Assembly: GCA_963575745.1 (NCBI GenBank)
Contig: CAUYUJ010000172.1
Location: 62,001-117,259, forward strand
Length of the DNA: 55,259 nucleotides
Direction: 5' to 3'
DNA from: Prorocentrum cordatum
Lineage: Eukaryota
Both the position numbers and the translations under genes were made by a program. Shown here piece after piece: positions 46,701-55,259 of this stretch. Every line of letters begins with the position of its first letter. The first letter of the stretch is position 1. The notes under the pieces are model-generated. The model saw nothing but the letters and a program-made list of their open reading frames with translations. It ran no database searches and was not told the origin of the DNA.

Positions 46701-48087
46701 TGCGTGTTTTCTGCTTGCGCACCGTCTGGTGCTAGCTTCCCCTCCATTCTTCTTCTTCTCCTCCTCCTCCTCCTCCTCCTCCTCCTCCTCCTCTGACACA
46801 TATCAGCCAGAAATGCTTTGCAGAGCCTGCCTTGGATGGAGTGCCGAAGGGCACCTTCGCAGGCGCAATCGTCTTGTTTCACCCTGCTCGCGCGCCGTCT
46901 TGCGCAAGGCTTCTGACCTGACCTTGCCTCTTGAAGCTCCCCTGGAGTCTCTGAGAGCCGTCTTGGGCTTGTGGTACCGCACTGCGCTGTCTCGGGCCAT
47001 CTGTGGGTTACCCCGTCCAGCTGCGGCAGAATTCTTGACGCCAGGGGAGCTCTCGGAAGGGCGTAGAGAAGCATATGGTGAAGCAAGGAGGCTGACAACG
47101 GTGTGAACTTAGAAGCCTCTGGAAGCCTCTTGGAGGCCTCTTGGAGCCATCTTGGAGTTCTTGTGGAACCCTGCTGGGATCCCTCCAGGCGCTCATGGGG
47201 CTCTCTTGGTTGCCATCTTGAAGGTCATCGAGCAAGAGTGAGGCCGGCACTAAGTGGGGTACCCCCGTCGCGGCGCTCTTGAGGCCGTCCTGAAACTATC
47301 TTGAGGCCTCAGAAGCCCATCGGAAGCGAAAAGGCGAGAAAGCGACAAGCATGTATTTTCCATACGGATTGGACGGTGTTTCGCCTCTCGGGGTCGTCCT
47401 TCTGAGGTTCGGAGTCCGTCTTGGGGCGGTCTCGGGGCATCTTTGAAGCATGCTGGAGATATCTTGATCCATCGTAGGCCGCATCGTAGTGTAGGCCATC
47501 TTGGGCTGTGTAGGGCCATCGCTGAAGCTCTAACCCCACGGGACTCCACTCTTCCAGACTCATATTCGCGAACAGGCAAACAACGGGAACCCATTTCCCC
47601 CTTGACCATTCTACAGGCTGGGGGGGGGTCTTGCGGCGTGGGGCAGGGGGAGGGGTAAACCCCTCCCAGAAGGAAGCTAAGGGGATTTGAATAATCAAAT
47701 GGCGAAACCATTTGCTCCTAGGGCAGGTGGGACAAACGGCAACGAGCAAGCAACTCCCCCGTCCTCTGTCCTGTCCATCCGCTCCTCCACGTCCTCCTCC
47801 CCCTTCTCATAATGGGATATTTGCTCCCCTCTGGAATGGCTGGACGCCTTCGTAGCGCTGACTTCCAGGGCACTCTTGGCTCTAGTGGCCTGGCCCTTTT
47901 GGAACCATCTTGAGCCGATGTTGAGGCCTCCCGGAACCGTATGGGATGTCATCTATGCCCATCGGTCGGAAGAAGTAGGTAGAAACATGAAGTAGAAAGG
48001 CGTTGAACGTAGATAGGGCGTCCGCCCGCCACTGAAGAGGAGGGACAAGGTGTAGCCACTCGATCATTGAAGTAGGAAGGCGGTTAC

Positions 48088-48268
48088 TCCAGATTTCGTA
48101 ATAAAGGGAGGGGGGTCTCATTTCGGGGGGGGTCTTCTCCAGGCTATCTTGGAGGGCCTGGGGGGTCTGGGGACGATGTTTTGGAGGGTTCTCCCACTCC
48201 CACGGGGGAGGTCCGAAATGGCTTGTCTTGGAGGGTCCAGACCCCCTCCCTTTTATCACGAAACCCGG
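48088..48268. mobile_element. small inverted-repeat element (atttcgtaataaagggaggggg / ccccctcccttttatcacgaaa)
   Basis: About 25-bp imperfect inverted termini. Confidence 0.55.
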
Positions 48269-48295
48269 GGTATTTCTCCACTTGTCAGCCGCTGC

Positions 48296-48390
48296 CTGCG
48301 CAAATCGATGTCGAAGCCCAGCGGCAGCACGGCGAGAGGAGGGTCTCTCTCTCGCCTGCCGGTGCTCCCGCGCTCGATGTCGTCGGACCA
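48296..48390 (-). CDS. orphan candidate exon WSDDIERGSTGRRERDPPLAVLPLGFDIDLR
   Basis: cag|TGG acceptor and AG|gc donor, stop-free, coding-like codons. Not assignable to a gene. Confidence 0.2.
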
Positions 48391-48770
48391 CTGTACAATG
48401 GAGGAGGAGGAGGGGGAGGGGGAGGGAGAGGAGGAGGGGGAGGAGGAGAAGGGGAGGAAGAGGAGGAGGAGGAGGAGGAGGAGGAGGAGGAGGAGGAGGA
48501 GGGGAGGAGGGGAGGGAGAGGAGTAGAGGAAAGGAGGAGGAGGAGGAGGGGAGGAGGAGGGGGAGGAGGAGGAGTAGGAGGAGGGGGAGTAGGAGGAGGG
48601 GGAGGAGGAGTAGGAGGAGGGGGAGTAGGAGGAGGAGTAGGAGGAGTAGGAGGAGGGGGAGGAGGAGGAGTAGGGGGAGGAGGAGTAGGAGGAAGAGGGG
48701 GAGGAGGAGTAGGAGGAAGAGGAGGAGGAAGAGGAGAAGGACGGGGGGGGGGCACGAGCCCTTGACTGCG

Positions 48771-49718
48771 CTACTCGGCCTGGTCCTCCTCCGTCTCCGT
48801 CAGCTCGTCCTTCACAATCATTGCAGCGAGTATGAGCACGATGTCTCCACCTTCCTGGACGCTCACGGCGTAATCATCCTGACCGAAGAATGACCCAGGA
48901 GTCCAAGACTTCTCTTTCACGAAAGCAATCTGTTCTTCGGTCTGGCCATCATACACGTACGTCTTGCGGCTGGATACCATGCCCCCGTTCAGCTGCAGGA
49001 GGCACGGGGCATCGGTGGAATTCGTGAGCGCATTGAACTCAGCATTGCCTTCGTAGACGCGAATAGTCTTGAACACTGGAGAAAAACGATCCTTGCGAAC
49101 AGTGGCGACGACGTCGCCTCCGACACAAATCCTGTAGGTCGGCGACAGGTGCAAGAGCTCTTGCCTGATGGTGCACAACTCCTGCTCAGTCTCTGCATCG
49201 AGCAACTCTATCTCATCTTTGATGTTGAAAATGGCAGCGTTTGCCTTGATCCTCACCTCGCCCTCCCCATCTTTGATGGTAAAACTGTCGCCGGTCACGC
49301 TGGCAACATTCTCGTGGAGACACCAAACCGTCTCCCCCTCACTGGTCCACTTGTCTCCGGCAATGCCCCTTGCTGCCAACCGCGATTTGAGCACCTTGCC
49401 GCTGCCTCGCCTAACGTTACTCTGGTGCCCCAGCAAGGCGAGCATCGCACCGCAGAGCACGCTGCCAAAGCCGAGCGTCGTCGCGGAGGCTGCTGGCGTG
49501 GCTGGTCGCCCTGCGAAATGCATCACGGCCACTGCAGCTGCCTCTTGGTCGATCGCCGACAACCACTTGCCACGGCAGGGGGCCATCTGCATGAAAGTCA
49601 GCGGGTGCTCCAGCATGGACCAAGCGCAAACAAAGAAGGCAGTCAGTGTGCAGATGGGGAGCGCACGCGCATGCCTGCGGCGAACACTGCCTGTCAGTTG
49701 CGCGCTGGGGAATGCCAT
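48771..49718 (-). CDS. LURP-one-related / tubby C-terminal-like (scramblase-fold) protein, 315 aa, intronless, with about 115 aa N-terminal targeting presequence
   Basis: Non-repetitive ORF with SVTGDSFTIKDGEG, IELLDAETEQELCTIRQELLHLSPTYRI, VVATVRK and GQDDYAVSVQEGGDIVLILAAMIVKDE, resembling the LOR family. SL relic upstream. Confidence 0.85.
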   Translation of the reverse strand: MAFPSAQLTGSVRRRHARALPICTLTAFFVCAWSMLEHPLTFMQMAPCRGKWLSAIDQEAAAVAVMHFAGRPATPAASATTLGFGSVLCGAMLALLGHQSNVRRGSGKVLKSRLAARGIAGDKWTSEGETVWCLHENVASVTGDSFTIKDGEGEVRIKANAAIFNIKDEIELLDAETEQELCTIRQELLHLSPTYRICVGGDVVATVRKDRFSPVFKTIRVYEGNAEFNALTNSTDAPCLLQLNGGMVSSRKTYVYDGQTEEQIAFVKEKSWTPGSFFGQDDYAVSVQEGGDIVLILAAMIVKDELTETEEDQAE

Positions 49719-49772
49719 GAAGGTCTGCGGCGATGCTCTGTTCTCTTGGGTGTGGAAGTCTAACTCAAATGT

Positions 49773-49794
49773 CTTGGGGCAACATGGCTACAGT
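49773..49794 (-). other. relic dinoflagellate spliced leader (DinoSL)
   Basis: Minus strand ACTGTAGCCATGTTGCCCCAAG versus DCCGTAGCCATTTTGGCTCAAG, 18/22 identical, 54 nt upstream of the ATG at 49718. Confidence 0.75.
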
Positions 49795-50616
49795 GCCATC
49801 CTTATGTTACTTGAGGTGTGACGCGCAGATAAGCCACGACATCACCCTGGCAGAAATACAATACAGTATCGCGTCGCTCTTCGGACAGGCTCGGGTGCCT
49901 CTTGGGGCTCTCTTGCAGCCCCCTTGGGATCTCTCGGGGCCCTCTTGTAACCCTCTTGCAACAACATTCGTTCCACTTGCTCCTTCTTCCCATCGTGGCA
50001 CAGTGCTCTCTAGAAGGGCTCCAACACGCCAGAGAGGCCTTCAAGAACACCCACGCTGGCCTCAGGACGGCCGAAGACGCCCCCAAAACGCCGAAAGAGG
50101 GCCCCCAAAGGACGCCCAAGAGGGCCTCAAAAGTAACAGCAATTGACTTCCCAATCGGCCGTCGAATGAGTCTTGCGCTCTGGCTGCTTCGGGCGTCTGC
50201 AAGCCCAATACGACCCGAGCGGCCCCGCAGACTGGCCCGAGGCGCCCCCCAAGCCGGCCTTGAGACGGCCCCAAATGAAGGGGCCCACAAACACACAAAT
50301 AAATATACACAAACAGCAGAACTCCCCATACTTTCCCATATTTTCTGGGCTTCTGTCTTCCCCCCCACTTCCCATATTTTCCTATGTCTTCCTCGGAGTC
50401 GACGACGAACTGTATCTGTGTGTTTCTCTCCCTCCTGACCAAACGAGGCTCCAGCGCGGCCCGAGAGGCCCCCACCGACAGCCCAGTATGGGCCTCGAGA
50501 GAAGCCCAGGCGAGGCCCGCGAGGGGGCACCCGCAGGGGGGCCCCACCAGGGGCCAAGGCCCCCCCGAGCCCTCAGGGTGCCAGCAGAGGGCCCCCCCCC
50601 CAAAGAGAGGAACAAC

Positions 50617-50761
50617 ACAGGGCTCGAGTGAAACCGTGTTTTTCGGTTTCGTTTTGTTTTCGTCATCCCTCACTCTGTCTTCGTTCCGCATTTGCTGCAA
50701 AACGAAGCCAAAACGAAAACGGTCCACGAAACTGCCAAAACACCGTTTAGCTCGAGCCCTG
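50617..50761. mobile_element. small inverted-repeat element (cagggctcgag..gtgtttt / aaaacac..ctcgagccctg)
   Basis: Inverted termini with AT-rich interior. Confidence 0.6.
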
Positions 50762-50773
50762 GAACAGCAAGTA

Positions 50774-50937
50774 GCATAAACATAAAAACTCGAAGGTCCG
50801 CGCGGATTTCTCGGATCGGCGCTGGGCCCCCTCCCTGGCGCGCGGAGCGCGCCAGGGGCGGCGCCAGAGGCGCCGCCGGGGGGCCCCGGCGCCGATCTGA
50901 GGAATCCGCGCGGACCTCCGAGTTTTTATGTTTATGC
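50774..50937. mobile_element. palindromic MITE (arms gcataaacataaaaactcg.aggtccgcgcggatt..); second copy 52098-52266
   Basis: About 56-bp arms with about 4 mismatches. Confidence 0.9.
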
Positions 50938-51204
50938 CACTTCTTGTTTCCCTAACCAGAGGGCCCTCCCCCAAAGCCCCCCAGCATGCCCCCCAAGAAG
51001 CCCCCGAGAGGCTCCCAGGAAGCCCCCGGAGGGCCTCCCCAAAGCCCCCTCGGGAGCTTCCGCGCAGCTCCAAAAGAGGCCTCTGCGGGGCCCCCGGGAA
51101 GCCGCACAGCCGGCGCGGAGGAAGAGGAGACACACACTTCAGGGGCCACTGCGTGCAAGCAGCACGACGGGAACTGGCGCAAAATTAGGGGAACAAAAGG
51201 TGAC

Positions 51205-51509
51205 GACACACACACAGAGACGCACACAGACACACAGACACACAGACACACAGACACACAGACACACAGACACACAGACACACAGACACACAGACACACA
51301 GGCACACAGACACACAGACACACAGACACACACAGACACAGACACAGACACAGACACAGACACAGACACACACATACACATACACACACACACACGCGCA
51401 CGCGCGCACGCGCGCACGCGCACGCGGCACGCGCGCACGCGCGCACGCGCGCACGGCGCGCACGCGCGCAACGCAGCACGCCGCACACGCACTCAACGCC
51501 GCACGCACT

Positions 51510-51555
<46 letters not shown>

Positions 51556-51721
51556 CCGCACGCACGCACGCACGCAGCACGCACGCACGCAGCACGCACG
51601 CACGCACGCAAGCACGCACGCCGCACGCACCCACACACACACACACACACACACGCACGCACCCACGCACACACGCACACACGCACACACGCACACACAC
51701 ACACACACATTCACACACACA

Positions 51722-51769
<48 letters not shown>

Positions 51770-52035
51770 CGAACGCAAACAACACACAACACACAACACA
51801 CAACACCCAACACCCAACACACAACACACAACACACAACACACACACAACACACAACACACAGCACACAGCACACACCACACAACACACAACACACAACA
51901 CACAGCATACAGCACACAGTACACAACGCACAACACACAACACACAACACACAACACACACAACACACACAACACACAACACACAACACACAACACACAA
52001 CACACAACACACACACAACACACACACACACACAC
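51205..52035. repeat. compound (CACAGA)n/(GCAC)n/(CAACACA)n microsatellite
   Basis: Directly visible. Confidence 0.95.
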
Positions 52036-52630
52036 TTCAGGGGCCACTGCGTGCAAGCAGCACGACGGGAAATGGCACACAATTAAATGAACAAAAAGTG
52101 ACACAAAAATAAAAACTCTGAGGTCCGCGCGGATTTCTCGGATCGGCGCTGGACCCCCCTCCCTGGCGCGCGGAGCGCGCCAGGGGGGGCGGCGGAGGCG
52201 CGAGAGGGGGCCCAGCGTGTTCCGGGAAATCGCGCGGATCTCCGAGTTTTTATGTGTGTGTGCCACTCTTTGTTCCCCCAACAATACACGCGACATCGGA
52301 AGCCGCACATCCTCTCTTTCTGGGGGTCGGCGAGATGGCGTAGCCCTCTTGAGCAGAAGTTGTTCCTGTTGCTCCGCCTTCCCATCGTGGCAGAGACAGC
52401 AGGGCCTCGAGTGACCACCCGCCTCCGCCTGCAGGATCCCGAATCCGAGACTCACGTCAAATCACGATTGGATGCGATGAGTTTCTCCCGACGCGAGGTG
52501 GATCCTCTTAAAGACCGTCCAGCCGTTCTCAGCCGTTTTAGAGTCTTGCAGGCTTCGCGTGACAAAAGTGGGACCTGCTTCCAGCGATAAGACCGCAACG
52601 CCCCAGCAAGGGAAGCCGATGTCGGACGCA

Positions 52631-54343
52631 TTAGAGGAGTACGTGGTTGGAGCCGAGGGCGCTGTAGGTGGATGGCGCCACCCAGAGCTTGGTCGGATCA
52701 ATGATGCGCTTGTAGAGCTGCGTCCGCGGAAGGAACTTCGCACTCTCCTCGGGGGGGGCCGGGTGGCAGGTGTCGGAAGCCTTCGCGATGTGCACGGCCC
52801 GGTCCCTGTTGGAGCGGCCCGAGACCTCGAAGGTGGTGTAGTACGCCCTGAAGAAGGGCACGCCCAGGATCCACAGCGGGCCCTGGTCGGAGGTCGTCCT
52901 GGACTCCATCACCGCGAGGTCGCAGTGGGCCCCTGGCCTCTGAGACGCTGCGCCCCTGCGGTGTCCGAGGTCCTGCGAGCCCCTCTGGCTTCCGAGGTGC
53001 TGGAGGCCCTGGTCCTTCGCATACCCGACCCTGATGTGTCGAATGCGCACGAAGCTTTGCAAGTATTGTGGCACATCCTCATCGTTGGCCAGCTCCGAGA
53101 CGTAAGCGTCGGGCGGCAGGATCACTTCGTGGCCGCCGAGTTTGAGCTTTATCGAAGGCAGCTCCCACATGTTGCTGCAATTGAACCCAGGCTCGAACGA
53201 GAGCTTGGCGAACTCGTTGATCGCGGTGCCGGGCATCCCTATTAGCGACGTGCCGGTGTCAAGGAGCGCCGCACATCCATTCTCGCAGCCGAGCGCAAGG
53301 CCTTCGTACTTATTGTCCCTGTCGAACTGTCTGCCTTTCGATGCCGGGTTGAACGCTAACCTAGGTTCATCTAGCGTCACGCTCCAAGTGTGGTTTCCCA
53401 TCACAGGCATGCGCTTGAAGTACTCGGGTTTGACCAGCGGTGCGGTGTCGCTCCAGATGAAGTAGCCGTTCGAATTGGGCTGCCTGCCCAGACAAACCGA
53501 GAACATCCTCGACTCGAACGTCTCCAACATCATGGTCGCAGCCTGCATCGCCGCCACAACCTTTTCTATTTGCGCCTCGGACTTCACCAAGTCGGAAGGT
53601 ACTTCCAGCCCCGCGTCGGTGTAGCTGGATATGTTGCTGCGCATCATCGCCATATGATGTTCCACGTCCACGAGGGGCGTCTCTGGGGGGCCAAGGCCGA
53701 CGATGGCTTGGAATGTTGAGTGAGACAGCACAGGCATATCGGCGTCGGTGACCACCAAAAAAGACTGGATCCTGGGCGCATACGGCCCAAAGGAGACCGT
53801 ATCGAAGGCCTCCTCCGTGACCACGGTACCACTGCCGTACGTCATGTTGTACGTGTACCTCCCTTGGGTGTGGTTCGCGCTCAAGCCAGGATCATATCTT
53901 CCCGCCTGGCCACACGTGCTGCAGAGATTGGAGAAGACCACCAAATCAAAAGATCCCGTGTCGAAGATGCCTGCGATGGTCTGCCCACCTACCTCCATGA
54001 ACCCAACGTACTGGACATCATTATAATTGGTCAAGGCATTCCGAAACTTGCCACTCAACCACAGGCTCCTCTCCCGTTGAATTCTGCGTTCTTTGACTGC
54101 AACGACGGCGCCGACCACGGGCGCGCCAGACTCCGTGTCATTCTGGAGCCTCTCCAACTGCCTCCTCCTCTCGTCCAAATCATCCAGTACATTGGCAGGC
54201 ACATGAGCATGCCCCTCCGCCGAAAAGTCGACGCTGACATCCGATGGCCTGAAAGCCTCCTCCAGCTGGCTGTGGAGAGCGGTATGTAACGCCTGCGCCT
54301 GTCTGCAGGCGGCCGCTGCCAAGGCGGCGCGGAAGGCCCTCAT
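52631..54343 (-). CDS. pepsin-family (A1) aspartic protease, about 570 aa, intronless, probable signal peptide
   Basis: Both catalytic motifs (IFDTGSFDL, ALLDTGTSLI), plus LTNYNDVQYVG, MTYGSG flap and WILGVPFFRAYYTTF. Start placed at MRAFRAALAAAAC because it lies downstream of the SL relic (alternative start 54364). Confidence 0.95.
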   Translation of the reverse strand: MRAFRAALAAAACRQAQALHTALHSQLEEAFRPSDVSVDFSAEGHAHVPANVLDDLDERRRQLERLQNDTESGAPVVGAVVAVKERRIQRERSLWLSGKFRNALTNYNDVQYVGFMEVGGQTIAGIFDTGSFDLVVFSNLCSTCGQAGRYDPGLSANHTQGRYTYNMTYGSGTVVTEEAFDTVSFGPYAPRIQSFLVVTDADMPVLSHSTFQAIVGLGPPETPLVDVEHHMAMMRSNISSYTDAGLEVPSDLVKSEAQIEKVVAAMQAATMMLETFESRMFSVCLGRQPNSNGYFIWSDTAPLVKPEYFKRMPVMGNHTWSVTLDEPRLAFNPASKGRQFDRDNKYEGLALGCENGCAALLDTGTSLIGMPGTAINEFAKLSFEPGFNCSNMWELPSIKLKLGGHEVILPPDAYVSELANDEDVPQYLQSFVRIRHIRVGYAKDQGLQHLGSQRGSQDLGHRRGAASQRPGAHCDLAVMESRTTSDQGPLWILGVPFFRAYYTTFEVSGRSNRDRAVHIAKASDTCHPAPPEESAKFLPRTQLYKRIIDPTKLWVAPSTYSALGSNHVLL

Positions 54344-54393
54344 TGCTATCCTGTGATTTGGCATGTTCGGTGCGCAGACAGAGTGGAGTGTTG

Positions 54394-54415
54394 GTTGAGC
54401 CAAAACGGCTAAGGA
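54394..54415 (-). other. relic dinoflagellate spliced leader (DinoSL)
   Basis: Minus strand TCCTTAGCCGTTTTGGCTCAAC versus TCCGTAGCCATTTTGGCTCAAG, 19/22 identical, 50 nt upstream of the ATG at 54343. Confidence 0.85.
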
Positions 54416-55259
54416 CCCTCGTGGGCCACCTTCGAAATCTCTTGGGACCGTTATGCCGTCGTGAGGCATTTTTTTTTGGGGGGGGGGGCTCGCTTCGCCG
54501 TCAAGCCATGGCAGACTTCAAGGCAACAAACAACGAATTGTCTTGTAGCTCTCTCTGGACCTCTCTCGGGCCAGCTGCTGCGCCTCCTGGGGTCCTCATG
54601 AGATCACCTGGAAACCCCTAGGGCCGTCCTTGCGACTTCTTGGGGCCATCTTGGTCATCCTCCCAGGTGTGCTCGCACCTGCGTATCCCTGCGACGTTAC
54701 CAAGACCGTGTTGGTTTTGTTATGTTGTTTGCAACCCTGCTAATCAAATGTTGCGTATACGTGTGCATGTCTGCGACGCTGCACAGATCACAACGTCTTC
54801 AACACTTGTTGGCAACACTACGATCGCAATGCTGGTATCACGTGTTGCTTAGGGCATGGAGGTTGCCCAACACTGGACGTTCAATGCGGCCGGCAACGGC
54901 ACCATTACAACCACTGCCGCGACGAACCAAACATAAACTCCACGTGTGGGGTGGAGTTTGCCCTGGTGCTCGAAATCTCCACCCTTCGTTGCAAACGCAC
55001 GATTTGGAACAAGTTGCGCGGTAAGCTCCAACCAAAAACATAGTTCCTATTGCATCGAACAAAGTGTTGCCGGGAGCTTCAAACTGTTGGCTTCGCGAGG
55101 GTGAGCCTCAAGCAAGGCAAAGAAACACGGACATAACACGAACGCCATGCCACGTGGTGTAATACACTATTAATGCTTCGTCAGCTTAGCAAGCCGAACT
55201 GGAACCCAGCGAAGTAAAGCTGGTCGCGACAAGCTGAGCAAGTATGACAATCTCAGCTG

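Noticed and set aside
47905..47930. cttgagcc as a further SL relic (also about 52339)
   Set aside because: Only about 8 nt match and no downstream ORF.
52559..54289. Plus-strand ORFs overlapping the protease (and 49149-49821 overlapping the LURP-like gene)
   Set aside because: Antisense shadows of GC3-rich genes.
54344..54469. N-terminal 42 aa of the 612-aa protease ORF
   Set aside because: It runs through the SL relic, so it is 5' UTR or flank; the real start is 54343 or 54364.

Overview
GC-rich, repeat-saturated eukaryotic DNA, almost certainly from a dinoflagellate. The evidence is GC/GA intron donors and relic dinoflagellate spliced leaders; a Prorocentrum-like genome is my inference. 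Most long ORFs in the supplied track are artefacts of microsatellites and satellites. Real coding content: (1) a minus-strand BCS1-like AAA+ ATPase gene split into at least six 42-94 nt exons over about 27 kb (38869 to about 11734), with all five reconstructed introns using GC or GA donors and with N- and C-terminal exons not found; (2) a frameshifted non-LTR (LINE) reverse transcriptase remnant at about 45.4-46.7 kb; (3) two intronless minus-strand genes, a LURP-one/tubby-C-like protein with a probable plastid presequence and a pepsin-family aspartic protease, each with a degenerate spliced-leader relic about 50 nt upstream, so probably retrogenes. The rest is tandem satellites (units of about 20, 77, 83, 90, 102 and 151 bp), a 5.9 kb punctuated (CGT)n array, several MITE-like inverted-repeat families (some flanked by unusually long direct repeats) and a near-perfect 180 bp palindrome.
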